The notes beneath the pieces are model-generated. The model was not told the DNA's origin. It did not search any database and saw nothing but the letters and a program-made list of their open reading frames with translations. Below, one piece after another: positions 28,050-42,895 of a stretch of DNA of 64,000 bases. Made by a program: the position numbers and the translations under genes. Origin of the DNA: Chrysomallon squamiferum (Eukaryota; Animalia; Mollusca); contig CM022670.1 in NCBI GenBank assembly GCA_012295275.1, positions 4,588,001 through 4,652,000 on the forward strand, written 5' to 3'. The stretch's first letter is position 1, and each line of letters begins with the position of its first letter.

Positions 28050-28973
28050 AAGCGCAAAGAGGCTGATATTTATTTTCTACGTGCTCTAAAAGTCAGCCTG
28101 GATCCATTAGCTTCAGTCTGGCAGGATTACTACGTGTCATAGATGTCAACAGAAATTCTCTCTCTCTATCTGGCCTCGCCGCCCGAGTTCTCCTCTGGGT
28201 GTCTGTCTTTTCAATCAAAACCAAATCTGCAAGAAAACTCATTTAGGTTATATGGCGTTAGATCACAGTATTTGTCGTGCGTATTAAGGTATTCGTAATA
28301 ACCTTGTTTTTAACAGACATTTATATACACACCGTGTTTAATTTTCCACTGTGTTGATGTTTACCTCGCATGACTGTATTAATATGCATTTCTTAACATT
28401 CCGTGTACATCTTTATACGTAAATTTCTCTTGCTTAAAAACACTTTGAAAATACTCTGATTAAAAAAAAAATGTAATTATTGTAATAAAATTTCATATCC
28501 TGTTATATTACTTATTTTTCATCAATTTAATCTTCTTAAAAAAAAAAAAAAAAAAAAAAAAATAAAAAAATATTTCCATATCAGTATTTTCTTTTATTTT
28601 CTTTCTTTTCTTTATGATATTATATTTATTCATTATTATTATTATTATTTTTAATTAATATATTATATTTATTTAATTTTTCAAGGCTGATATTATAAGT
28701 TTTATTGCGAAGTTATTTGATACATTCTTTTATGAGTTTTATTTTTTCTCTCTCTTAAAATTATTAATATACTCGTTAACAGGAAATTATACAGACTCTT
28801 CACGTGTTGCTTGTTATTAGAAAATATTTAATATTACTTGGAAGTTCAAAACGATTATACTTTTTTTCTTCTTGAGAAATACATTTTAGCAGATGATTGA
28901 TTATTCTTTCATTGTTGTTGCTGGTGTTCTTGTTGCTACTGATGCTGCTATTGTTGTTGTTGTTATTACTCTT

Positions 28974-29026
<53 letters not shown>

Positions 29027-29587
29027 CGTTGTTGTTGTTGTTGTTGTTATTTATAATGATGATAATACTGATGTTATTTTTATAACAATAGTACTATTGT
29101 TCTTGCTGCTGTTGTTAATATTACCACTGTTGTTGTTGTTGTTGTTGTTGTTGCTACTGCTGCTGCTGCTATTATCTTAGTGTCATCAATTCTTTCTTAC
29201 TCTCTAAACCCTCGAAGTTTGTAACAAATGTCAGCAATCAATATTTAAAACGAATGAAAGGCTCGCTTCCTCTATACCAGACTAGCGACATTTTTACATA
29301 TTAAAGAAGAAACTTAATATATTCACCTTTCGGTAATCTTTACTATACTCAGTGCCTAGTTCCTCGATATCCATATATTATAAATGAAACTTATAAATTA
29401 CGAATAACATGGTTTTTGTGCCAGAAAATTATTTGAGGAAAAATTCGGAAAAAAAGAATAAGGTAACTTTACGTTACTCCAACTTCATAACCTGAAAAGT
29501 GATTCTTCCATCTTACGAATGATTAAATATGTTTATGTTATGTAACTGATATAATACTATGAAAATATAAAGTGAACTAAAGTATTT

Positions 29588-29590
<3 letters not shown>

Positions 29591-29682
<92 letters not shown>
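29591..29682 (+). repeat. (AG)n microsatellite
   Basis: Directly visible. Confidence 0.95.
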
Positions 29683-29685
<3 letters not shown>

Positions 29686-32600
29686 TTAACAGGTTGCCAA
29701 AGGCGTGCAGATAGGGCGCCAAATGTTTTCTGCATTTTTCATATCTATTGCCTAAATAACCCATGCCTATTTGGATACATCATTACTTTCAAGTCATCTA
29801 TAAAAATTTATGAAAACTGGTAGCAAAAACCTTCATTATGGTGCGACGCCTAGTTTAAAAAGTAACACTTCGTTTGCACAGAATTTAAAAAAAGTGGCAG
29901 ACAAATGCACAAAAAATAATAATTTACGACGAGCCGCACTGATGACTCAAATAACTGTTTAACGACCCCAAAGTCTATTATTAGTCCATCAGCTGTTATG
30001 CAAAAGCTGTTTAATTACGGCACAGTTGTGAATAATATTATGAGATTCAGAAACAAAAACTGTAGCTTATTCTCAACGTCAAAATAGCTGGAAGGAATCC
30101 AGTTGATGCAATTGACATGTGTTCTCTTGCATATGTTGCAGATGTATCCAGTTCCAAAGTCAGGTTTAGTCAAGAATAATTCAGGGTTTTTTTATCAGTT
30201 AGATATATTATTCTGAGATTTAGATGTGATGGATGACAGGATCAGTTCTTTTTAAGGCAATCTTTGAGCTATTTTCCGTTCCAACAAGACATTCATGACT
30301 GTTTTACTATTATCTGAGCCAGTTGCATTATAGTTAATAATCTCTGCAAAATGATAAAAGTAGATATTGGTTGACATGGTTATTTATCATAATCATCATA
30401 ATCATTATAATCATTGTTGTACATTCATCATCATTATCGTCATTATAATCATCATCTTTATTATTATAATCATCATAAACATGATCTTCATTATTATTAT
30501 CATCATCATCATCATCATCACCACCATGATTATTATTATAATATAAGATATTTATGATCGATCACAAGCAATGACAGTTAATATTAAAAGGTTTCGAGGT
30601 GTTGTTAAACAGTTTTTCATTTATAGTAACAATTATTAAACGAAACAATAGTATAACATCGATTAACTATAATTTTCTATTTGTCTCAGTATTCGTAAAA
30701 TTACCCATGAAAAGCAAACACGTAATTTAAGATGGTAAAAATAACAAACACATCATTATATAGATAACTGATAAAATAAAGACTAAAACTAAAAAAAAAA
30801 AAAAAAAGATAACTACGTCCAGAATCGATCCTGCGTTCTCTAGCGCCTCGGGCGAACTGTTGTATCATTTACTTCTATGACACTCGAAGTCGCAGAGACA
30901 ACGTGGCTCGTTGAGGTAAAACATCGTCTTTTCAAACCTGATTTAAACTGAGAGCTTTGTTTTATACTTAGCATAGCGTACTGATGAACAGATTGGCTTG
31001 TATCGAAAACATCTTTAAACCATGCTTTCTGTTGTACTGAACAAAGGGTGCTGATAAAGCGATAGAACAGGATTAAAACCATCTTCAAAATGTTATCTTG
31101 TTGCAGTGTTTTTCTTTTGCCGCGATCTCAAGATGGGCGAGTTTTTGCAGTCAACTGAATCGTTTCCCTCGCAGCAGTCGCTTGTAATTAGACAAACGAT
31201 TAAGTATCCTCGAGTTATGAACTTCTAAAACTTTTTAAACAGAGATAATGATGGGGGTGATAGTGAAATAACTGTTCTGTTGATCAGAATGAGATAAAAA
31301 CAGAAACAAATTCGTGCTTTGAACATATGGTTTTCTGGGGTATTTTTTTATTTTTATTTTTTTGTTTGGTTTTTTGTTGTTGTTGTGTAGGATTTTGGGT
31401 GGGTTTTTTTTTTCTATCTGAGATATTCTTTGGATATTCTTAAAGTATTGATTTGAATATTAATGTTGATGTATTTGTTTCTAACTTTTCATTTTAAAAT
31501 GAAACCTTGTCACTTTTAGTCAGTTGTGATCATAGACACTAATGTGTGCTCGAGATTAGAGATATAAATGACAACAAATCTCAGACAAGTTTCTTATCGG
31601 TTTTTTTCTTTTTTCTTTCCTTTCTTTCTTTTTTTAAAATTCTTTTTCTATCTTTCCTTTTTGTGTATGTGTGTATGTATATCTGTATATATCTGTGTGT
31701 ACGTGTGCATTTATGTGTATGTGTGCATATATATGTCAACACACCCACACACATACACATATATATATCTGTACATGTGTATGTATTTACGTATGAACGC
31801 ATGTGGGTTTGGCTATTGGCTTGTGTAAAACTACTAAACCATTCTTCTCTGACTTCTTATTATTCCTTTAATACGCTGGTCCTGGAACATCATCCTGGAC
31901 AAAACACACACACACACACACAAATTCTAACTCACTCACTGGAAGTTATCCCTGTGGATGTTTCATTTTAGTACCACTCTTATGAACTACATCAAGTCTG
32001 ATACGAAGGCCTGTAGCTTAATCATTGAATTCTAGAAGCTGGGGAAAGTAAACTTTCTGGCCTGTTCTAGAAAATCATTTTGCCGACAAGATAAAAAGAG
32101 CAGTGATCTCTGCCTGATTTGTGGTTTTGTTTCCAAATCGTGTAACTGTTTAGCAGACTTTCCCAACCCTCGACAGAATCAGCTGCCAGACCGTCTGTCC
32201 CCAGGGCATTGTAGACGATTGGCCCGACTAGTGACTTTCTTTCAACAAGAAATTATTGGGCAGCTGCAGTGTGCAAGTCTCATTAATTTCTTAATTATCA
32301 TCGATCTAGGTCTCTGCGGATTGGTTCTAATTTAAAGGAATTTTATAAGCAATTTATTTTGAACTCGACAAACGTTTAAAAATTGCTGGCCATGGGAATG
32401 GAACTGATAATGAATACGCTTTCGTAGATGGTGTGGGTTTGGCACACTATATTCAGAGATGACCAGCAACGAAGGCAGGCGTGTGTCCCTGTGGTCATCA
32501 TTAGACGTGGTCAGCGGACTGGTCGCTTGCTTTGTCCGTTTAATGCAACTTAACGGCAGAGGGAGTTTGATTTTTGCACATTATTTTTAATTGGCTCAAA

Positions 32601-32730
32601 ATTAATGATCCGTGTAAACATGAGGCTTCTCTGTTATTTGGTCTTTATTATCTTCTGTTTTTATTATCTTTGATATTTTTTATTTCATTTTCTTTATTCA
32701 TCTTTCATTTTTCAGCCTTTATTCTGCTTG

Positions 32731-32732
<2 letters not shown>

Positions 32733-32766
<34 letters not shown>

Positions 32767-32769
32767 ACA

Positions 32770-32856
<87 letters not shown>
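32733..32856 (+). repeat. (CA)n(TC)n compound microsatellite
   Basis: Directly visible. Confidence 0.95.
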
Positions 32857-32859
<3 letters not shown>

Positions 32860-33204
32860 CTCTAAATCTCTAAAACTCTCTCTCTGTCTAAATAGATTTT
32901 GTCAAGTATACATGTCCTTTATTGACGGTTCAAATATAATCATATGTTTGTTATTTTTACCATCTTAAATTACGTGTTTCGTTTTCCTGGGTAATTTTAC
33001 AAATACTGAATGTTACACTGTTGTTTCAATTAATAATTGTTACCATAAATAAAAACCTGTTTAACAGCAGCTCAAAATCCTTTATTATTAACTGTCCTTG
33101 CTTGTGATCATAAATATCTTATATTGCAATAATAATAATCACGATGATGATAATAATGATGATGTGAATATTAGGGTATTAATTAATTTTGAATATAATA
33201 TATA

Positions 33205-33276
33205 TACATACTTACATACATATACATACATACATACATACATACATACATACATACATGTTTGTATGTATGTAGA

Positions 33277-33367
<91 letters not shown>

Positions 33368-33375
33368 GCAGACAG
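33205..33375 (+). repeat. (CATA)n/(TAGA)n/(CAGA)n compound tract
   Basis: Directly visible. Confidence 0.9.
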
Positions 33376-33933
33376 ATAGGAAGTTACAGATATCTTCGTA
33401 TCAACCTTTAGAAAAACATCCTCATATTGCAAGCGTAAGTGAAGCATTCTTGTTATATGAGAACTGTGGTGGCACATTATGATTCAGAGAATTGTTAACA
33501 CATGTTCTGTTACACGACAAGATAAGTCTGATTTATGTTCGGTTGTTGCCAGCCTGACACCTTCTGTTTGTTTGTGTAACTACTTTCTTGTCAGAATAAT
33601 TGCATCAAATACAACACACAAGCCTTGAATAGGATCCAGCTTTCAGAGGTTTTCGTGCATGCACATAAAACACGCTGTATTAAGGGCAGGAGATGTTTGC
33701 ACAGATTAATACATTGAAAGATTTCTCGAATGTCGTGATCAGTTTTTTTACCTTTTCCATTCACTCATATCTTTCTATTTCTTTATCTGTTTATTTCTTT
33801 CTTTATTTATTTATTTGTTTGTTTGTTTGTTTGTTTGTTTGATTGTTTCATTTTATTTTTTATTTTTTATTACTTTTAATGAGAGACTTGTGGTTGTTTA
33901 TTCAATTATTTATTTATTTATTTATTTGTTTGT

Positions 33934-33972
<39 letters not shown>

Positions 33973-34669
33973 TTTGTTTGTTTGTCTGTTTATTTGTTTC
34001 TTAATTTTTATTTATTTATTTATTTATTTATTTATTTGTTTGTTTGTTTGTTTGTTTTACTTGTTTGTTTATTAACTAAAATTGTTACATTGTTAGTGTT
34101 GTTATTGTCATCTCCTTTGTGGACGTTTACATAGTTTTAAGGTATTTATGTTCTAGGGAGGGAAGAAAGCAAGAAAACAGTGACATGTAAACCTTAACGA
34201 TTATTTCCCCTTGGAAACGATGAAATATGCACCATACAAAGATTTAAAATTGTTAAAGAACTGGCATTAAGTATGATTGGAAGAGTTGCTTCCCCTTATT
34301 TAAGATGAAATTTACGTCATGTATGACAAATCATTGCACTTATTCTCTTACTGACTTGTGCAAACTTTTTGGTATGTTTGTTTTCTTTTGCTTTGCTGGC
34401 TGGAGTTTCTTTCTTTTTTTTTTTTCTTTTTGCTGTTTTTGTTTGTTTCTTTCGATTTTTATGTCGCTGTTGTGTTGTTGTTGTTGTTGTTGATATTCAT
34501 AAAGCAGTCTATAATTGGCTGAATATTCTGTATGAACATTTGGTTTAAAATTTTAGCAAACATCCGCAGAATAATTCAGCAGAAATCATAAATCTAAACT
34601 GAATCGTCTAAAGTGAGTAACTGTCGGATGAGACAAGAACTTCGGATGATCTGCTGGTCTCTAATGTAG

Positions 34670-34901
34670 CAATAGTAGTAGTAGTAGTAGTTGTAGTTGT
34701 AGTAGTAGTAGTAGTAGTTAGTAGTTGTAGTAGTAGCAGTAGTAGTAGTAGTAGTCTTAGTAGTAAACGTAGTAGTAGTAGTAGTAGTAGTAGTATTTTT
34801 TGTAGTAGACGTAGTAAGTGTAGCAGTATTAACAGTAGTAGTAATGATAGTAGTAGAAGTAGTAGAAGTAGTAGTAGTAGTAGCTGTAGTAGTAGTAATA
34901 A

Positions 34902-34979
<78 letters not shown>

Positions 34980-35210
34980 CTGTAGTAGTAGTAGTAGAAG
35001 TAGTAGTAGTAGTGGTGAGTAGTGTAGTAGTAGTGGCTGTAGTAGTGGTGGTAGTAGAAATAGTAGTAGTAGTAGTAGTAGCTGTAGTAGTAGTAGTAGT
35101 AGAAGTAGTAGTAGTAGTAGTAGTAGAAGTAGTAGTAGTGGTAGTAGTAGTGGTAGTAGTAGTAGTAGTAGTAGCTGTAGTAGTAGTAGTAGTTGCTGTT
35201 GTTATAGTAG
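34670..35210 (+). repeat. Long imperfect (GTA)n trinucleotide tract (~540 bp)
   Basis: Directly visible; source of the poly-Val ORF artefact. Confidence 0.95.
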
Positions 35211-35733
35211 TAACTATCTTGTTGTCGTAGTGGAAAATTGCGTTAAAAAATCATGCAAGACTGAGTCGCCTTATTTTAATTTCTGCATGGTAAACACTTC
35301 AGAAAATAAAAATATAATTTTTTGGAATACGTTGACTTAAATATTAAATTAGTGATTACTGAGTGAAATAGGGATACAAGTCAACATATACAATAAACTA
35401 TTATGAAAAGTATCAACGTCATAGATTTAAAGAATTATGTAAATATGTCTAACTTAATTATGCCTCTTGCATACGAATTTAAATTAGGTTTCTATGACAA
35501 TTGTATCCCCTTTCCTTTGTACTTGGGCCTAAAAGGGGTTGTACTTTTATTTATTTATTTGGTTGATGGATCGTTTAAAGAGCAGAGTTCTTTGGGTTTC
35601 CTGTTCTTTTGTAAATGATCGTTAAGGTTTAATATTTTCTTGTCATCTTGTATAAATACACTATAATAACTGAGTCCATCCATCTTTCACAGATGTTTTC
35701 TTTCTTCTCTTTCATTTTTTATTTTCTTTCTTG

Positions 35734-35769
<36 letters not shown>

Positions 35770-35861
35770 CTTTAAATGCTTCTAGTTCAACTATTTTGAC
35801 TAAAAATATTTTTACTAAGAAATTCTTAAAACAGGAAGCAGAGAAATAATAAAAACCAAAA

Positions 35862-36207
35862 GTACACTACACTAAACTGATCTAAATTGCGTTGCACTGT
35901 ACTACCCCATGTTACACTCATACTAAACTACACTATATTATACTATATTGCTCTACATTATACTAAACTAAACTATTATAAACTGCAGTGTACTACACGA
36001 TACAACACTATATTGCACTGAACTAAACTACTTTGCACTTCATTTCTCTACGATACATTCACTATACTACATTGCACTACACTAATCTATACAACACTGC
36101 ACTACACTAAAATATGTCCTACACTGCACTAAATTTAACTGCAATGTACTATGTTACATTTAAATACATTATACTACAATACACTACACTAAATTGAACC
36201 ATACTGA
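35862..36207 (+). repeat. Degenerate pentanucleotide satellite (ACTAC/ACTGC/ACTAA)n
   Basis: 5-bp periodicity, e.g. actacactaaactg...cactgcactacactaa. Confidence 0.8.
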
Positions 36208-36989
36208 ATAAATTATCGTATGTTATTTAAGAGTAAGAAAACCCAAGTATATCTTTCAGTCTAGAAATCTCCTTGACGATATTTACATACTTTCTTCTTT
36301 CTTCTTTATCTTATCTTTCCTTTCTTACTTTCTTTCTTCTTTTATTGCTCTTTTCCTTCCCTTTCTTCTGTTTTTCATACAACGTCGACTTCAAAGCGGA
36401 ACTCGTTGCAATACAGGAGAACTGTCGCTCTTTCCTGAAGATAAAAATCGCTGTGCAAAGTTCTCGCCCCTTTTAAACGCCGTCAAGGCAATGTCACTAT
36501 TATCTCAGTTCTAATCCACGTCTTTATTCCTCAGACGCTGGCAGCTTTGATCCTGGTTTCGTGAGACGTTTACTTGCGTTTCGTTTCGTGTGCCGGAGAT
36601 CTACACTGTCGTAAGGCTGAGTAAATCTGGGCGTGTGGCTTTTTGTTTGTTCTGACGGGAGATGAAAATATAAACTTGTTTGTTCCCATGGATTTTACTA
36701 ATATAAATGGCTAGAAGGACATTTTTTGTTTTCATTTTTCATTTTTTTTTTCTTCCTTTTCTTTGCCCTCAGTTGTAGTTTTATTTTTGTGTCGATTTGT
36801 TTACTTTGGTTTTGGTTAATTCTTTTAATATTTATCTTCAAAAACATATATTGTATTACTTTTATTATTTTTGTATGCTTTTTTTTTTTTTTTTTTTTTA
36901 TTTTTAATATACTCGTTGTTTATTTGTGTGTTGTTTTTACTGTATTGTGTGTTTTGGTGACATTTAACTTTAAAAAAAAATGTATTTGT

Positions 36990-37033
<44 letters not shown>

Positions 37034-37900
37034 TGTCGAGGACTAATTTCTAAATGAAATAGCCAAACAAACAGAATAATAAAACATCGTGCTTAATATT
37101 CTAAATTTTACAGTTTTAAATGCCTACTAAAGATGCCGAGGTATTCCATGAGGCACAAACTGTATAAAAAAAAAAAGAAAAAAAAAAAGAAATAAATCCC
37201 CTCCCCAGAAAAAATAAACAAAAAAAATATTTTTTTTCTGTCTAAAAATTCCTTAAATAAAAAGAAAATACCAATCTACAGAGTGTGTATATGGATTTCA
37301 TAAGTTATCAAATTTCGCAAAGTTGCGAAAGATACCAGTTTTCATTTTCAAACACAATAAAAGATAATAAAACAAACTTCAAACATAAAAATTTCTTTTG
37401 GACGAAGGAAAATGCTCCAGCTTGCTTCCTAAACATGAACTAATATAATAAGTCGTGAACCTGAGATAGAAATAAAATCATCCAGTTCCATCTGAATCAA
37501 AAAAAAAAAATGCCTAACTTCGCTTGCCATACACGCACATCATAGATTAACAAAGAATTTTTTTTATCCATTCTTCATTCTCTACATTTCTATAATAGTT
37601 ACTCGTGTCCTTATCTGTATAGATGGCGCTTTAATTCTATGATGCTCCTTGTTTGTTGAATTGAAAACGCAATATCAAATAACGGGATGTTCTTTTTTCT
37701 ATTTCACCACACAACGGTTTTTGAAAGAAGCAGAATGTCTGGCGTCTGAATATAACCAGAGATTGTATCTTTCAACAATTACGTATGTCACGTCCTGTTT
37801 CAATAAACATTCACGGTTCGGAGCATCTTTGTTTGTTTCGTTTTATGCCCTGATAATTCCTGTCCAGATTTTCTTTGTTTGTTGTTCCAGTATCCATAAG

Positions 37901-38180
37901 ATGATACCATTAAGCTCCAAAACTGGAAATTTTCTTTCTTATAAATTCTCAAAAGATGATACAGATGATACTAAATTTTGCAGTTGCCAGTTTTGTGGAA
38001 GACAAAGCATGGCACCGTGATCCTGAAAGTTGTAATTGTTAATTTTATAAATTTCCAAAGATGATATATCATGATTCTTAAAAGTTGTATTTGTCAAATT
38101 TCTCATCATCAAAAGCCGATACTATTGTCTCGAAATTGCAATTGTCACTTCTTGTGGACGTCAAAAAACGATACCACGAT
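37901..38180 (+). repeat. Old degenerate ~52-bp minisatellite (~5.5 units)
   Basis: Recurring GATAC...AAAGTTGTAATTGTC...AAAGAT skeleton. Confidence 0.6.
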
Positions 38181-39133
38181 AAAATAAAATCGCAAAAATC
38201 TGGTTAAGTAAACGTTATTAGATGATCCGATTATTCTCAGTATCATAGATTTACGTGAAGTATTTTGTTGAACTAAAATAGAAAAATGAATATGATACTT
38301 CCACATTAAAATCTCTTTGTAGCAAGCTATTGTTTGGTGAAAATCGTTGACGTTTCCCCTGTTTCTAATATTTCATAAATTTAGATAATATTTCACGACC
38401 TTGTTTTGTCTTTCATTTCACAAAAATGTATTTAACTTGACAAACAAGAGATGTGCGGATTGTTTACAAGTCGTATGTTTACTTTGTGGAAATCTAAACT
38501 GAGTTAATTAAAATTCCCAGTTTTTTTGTCTCTTCACATAAAGTTTATAAAAACTGAGAGATGACAAAAGAACAAGAATACAGAAGAAAGGTAAGCGCGA
38601 AAAACTACAATAAATATTCAATAAAAACTGATATAGGTTTGAGAGTAGCATTTATTTTCCATTTTTTATTATGTTTGTTTTTCCTAATGTAGCATGTCCA
38701 TGAAAACGTGAAATCCATACGTATTACAGCTTTTTTTTTATCTTTAGTGCATTATTTTTATTGTGTTGTTATTCTTCTGTTGCTGCCATTTTTGGTTGTT
38801 GTTTTGTTTTTGTTTTTTGTTGTTGTTCTTTTGTTATTATTATTTTAATTCTAATTTTTTTTTTGTTATTGTTGTTGTTGTTGTTGTTGCTGTTGTTTTA
38901 TTTAGGGTTTTTGGTGGGGAAGGGTTGTAGTTGTTTTTGTTGGGGTTTTCTGTGTTTGTGTGTGTGAATGTTGTGTTCTTGAATGGTTTATAAATTCATT
39001 TGTGATTTTCATTCCTTGTTGCTCTTGCAAATGTATTGCTGTTGGGTGTTTTCAGAAAATTATCCATTTTTAAGTATTTATTTCTCTATTTTCTTCTTCT
39101 TCGTCTTCTTCTTTTTTCTCTTTTTGTGTATTA

Positions 39134-39168
<35 letters not shown>

Positions 39169-39747
39169 TTGTTGTTTGTTAAATTAGTTGTCATTTCTTT
39201 AGTTTATTTCATCTTTGTTGCTTTCCCATAATGTTTTCTTAAATTCACATGCCTCACAAACATAAAACAAAATTAATGTCTTTTTGAAAAGTAAAACTTT
39301 CCACGACACCGCAACTGTAACACCTACATCAAGTCATCTTGATCGAAACAAATTACCTGCTGGTCTTTATTGCCTCGTTAGATCTCTTAGCAGTCAGGAA
39401 ATAAATCCACGAGGCTGGTTTAAAAAGAAAATTAATTTTTCTTTCAGTTCACTGCGAGTTTCCAGATGACAGACAGAGAGGTGATATGAGAGAGAGACGA
39501 AAGGAAGTTCACACTTTACAACGTTCTCGTTCCGTTAACAGTTCTTATCACAAATGTGTCTGCTGTAGCCGATTTCATTACCGACGGGAGTTATTTAATG
39601 GTTACTTTTTATTTATTTACTTATTATTTATTTATTTATTTATCGATTTATTTATATATTTATTTATTTCCTTTTTAATATTTATTTATCGATTTATTTA
39701 TTTATTTATTTATTTATTTACTTTTTATTATTTATTTATTTATCGAT

Positions 39748-39778
<31 letters not shown>

Positions 39779-39894
39779 TTATCATTATTATCATCATCAA
39801 CATCATCAGGATTATTATTATCATTGTTGTTATTATTTTTGTATTTAATTAATATTATTATTATCATTATCATCATCATTATTATCATTCTTTA

Positions 39895-39936
<42 letters not shown>

Positions 39937-41422
39937 AATAGTTTGAACCTCCTTGAACTTAATAAGAGTTAATTTATATAATAAGCTGAGACTATATAAT
40001 ATTCTTTCTGAATATTTTTTTTTCTCTTTTTTTTTTAAAAATTCATTTTTATTTAAACTTTTCATTCATTCATTCATTTATTCATTTGTTCTATTTTTTT
40101 TTTTTTCTGTTTTTCTCACTCTGTTTGAAAGCGTTTTCTTCATTAACTTAAATTATCTTAATTAAAAATTTACGATAATTTCTCTGCAACTAACTTACAC
40201 TACAACTTTCACTTTACAAAACATCGTTGTTTGAACGTTACTTGCTTTTAGCACTGCTAACAGGTCACGGACGGGTCAGGAATGGGTCACACAAACCATT
40301 AAGTATTCTTTTCAAACCGCAGACCAGACTGAGCAATAAAATGCTGCGGCATTCGTCAAATTCTACGATAACATCGATTCACTTATTTCTAGAATGTCTA
40401 ATAGTTTAACACTGAAAAATAGTCAGAGGCTGTTCATTTTTTTTTTTTTTTTTTAACAAGAATCAAGTGCGAGCATGCATACATATACTGATACACATAA
40501 ATAACTTTCAAGCTTGGAGATACAGTTCTAAACAGATTCGGTTATTCAGCCATATTAAATCTTCCATTCTGCATGGCTGTTATTTAGTGTTTATGTGTGT
40601 GAGTTTGAGCGTGTGTGAGTACGTGTGTGCTTGCGTGTGTTTGTGTCTATATTTTGCTATATGTGTGTATGCGCGTGTGTCGCTCCTGTTTGTGATTCAT
40701 GTGTGGGTGTGAATGCGGGGTGTATAGGTAGGTATACTTATCTACATTAAACATTCGCAGCAAATACAAACAGAACCTGTTCCCATAGTCGCACCCGGAA
40801 AACAAATATTTCACGTGCACCACACACTGTATCTGTTAATTCCTCCCTCGCATTTCGCGCTTCGCAGTCTCGTGCAAACAGAAAGGTTGTTTGGTACCCA
40901 GACACACAGACATAAATCAGCGCTACGGCTGCACGGAAACGAACCTCTATAAACCATTTTGTCTGGTCACTGTATAATTAGACCTATCAGCAGTGACCTA
41001 CCGCCCGGGTCACCATACCCACATAATGCTAAATCATTATCCAATGCATATTGGTACTGCCCCTTTAATGTAAAATGGCGAAAGAACGCCGACAAATCAA
41101 AAACGGAGACAGAAGAAGAATGAGTTATATCTTCCGCGAATTAATTACTTTGTTGTCTTTGATGTATGCTTTGTAGCACTTTCTCTTTGCATGTTACCAG
41201 TTTTGTGTTCCGCTGTTTTTGTTGATAAGGCAGCCGCGATGAGAGCGAAAGATTGCCAGCCCTGATGTTTATTACTTTTCATAAATTACCCGTCGGTCGT
41301 TCGTAACTGTGATAAATAGCTGTGCTGGTTGTCGTGGTTGTACCGAGAAGAAAAAGAGTTAAATAACCAACAAACACTGCAGTAAATAACAGCGTTATAT
41401 ATTCATGATCTATGTTTTACTT

Positions 41423-41424
<2 letters not shown>

Positions 41425-41520
<96 letters not shown>
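41425..41520 (+). repeat. (TC)n microsatellite
   Basis: Directly visible. Confidence 0.95.
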
Positions 41521-42844
41521 GTCTCTATCTTGTATCAATCAATTATTTTATATTATTTTTACTACCATATATTTCATTATCGTCATCATTATAACTCGTA
41601 ACAGGATTCGAAAGCATTAATATCATTATCATTAATGTCGTTAATATTATGATCATTATTATCATCATCGCTCTGATCATTATCATCATTATTATTGTTA
41701 TTATTATCATCATCTTCTTTACTGTTCTTGTTGTTGTTATTATTATTACTTATCTTTCGTACACAAAGTATTGCTACTACAAAAAACATTTTCAGTATGA
41801 TAAAAGCGTTTCCAGTTGTACTGTATATTGTAAACGTTGTCCGTAACCACCAGCTGCCGATGTACTAGTCAAAAACAACATTTTTTTTTTCTCACAATAA
41901 TACGTTTTCTCCTTCATTACCTTTTCTCTCTTTTTTCTTTTTCTTTCAGTCGGGGCGTGGTATCTTTATACCCCAAGTGAATACGTCGGGGTAATGAGCA
42001 ACCAACAAACAAACAAAATAAAAATTTAACAAAATCTGTTTCTTTCTTTCTTATAAACGATTTCTTTTTTCACCTACGTTTTCAATAATAGAAGCTATCA
42101 GCTTGTAAAACGTGGCACGCTGTCCCGTTTTGAAATGGGATGTACCGAAATGTATTTAACAAAAACATGCCAAAATGGGGCGTTCTGAAACAGAATTGAC
42201 AAAACCAGTTGTAATGATGTTATTCTCTTGTCACTTTCTATGTGGCTCGCTTTCACTGTATCTTGTTTACTGGTGTGTGCTGTACTAAACTATGTACTCT
42301 CCAATAGACCCAGCCTGGAAAAGGGAAAAGGGGAAGAAATAAATGAATGTGGTGGAGGACAGTAACCAAGACATTGTTAACTGGGCACAGCTACAAAAGC
42401 TTGCAAAATACATACAGCAGTGACGATTTGTCGTTATGGGGACTGAGATGTTAGAATGTATATGCGGATTTTTATAACATCTATTTTTATGTGTGGATAT
42501 GTTTACATAAACACATCGCAGACAAATCTTTAGAGATTTAATAAGATAAAAAGATAAGCATGTATGCAGAAAGATTGAATAAAGAAATGGGTGAAAGAAA
42601 ACATGCACGCATACAGAAATGCATGTCTATGAGCGTGTGTGTATTAGATGAAGACAAGCAGAGAGGAGAAATACAGCTAGTGAGTGAAAAAGAATTTAAG
42701 AAAGAAAGAAAAACAGGATAGAGAAACCTCAGTATTTTATTTTTATTCTTAAATGAGATTCATTATTCAAACTATGCGAACAGTCGTTATTATTTTTATC
42801 ATCATCGTTATCAGTATTATTATTATTATTACCATTATCATCTC

Positions 42845-42895
<51 letters not shown>

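Noticed and set aside
29700-29852. Possible MITE with ends aggcgtgcag ... ggtgcgacgcct
   Set aside because: Inverted-repeat match too short and degenerate; no TSD.
38581-38596. Strong donor AAG|GTAAGC (also CG|GTAAGT at ~21814) as possible distal alternative first exons
   Set aside because: No promoter-like or acceptor context; isolated donors are expected by chance in 64 kb.
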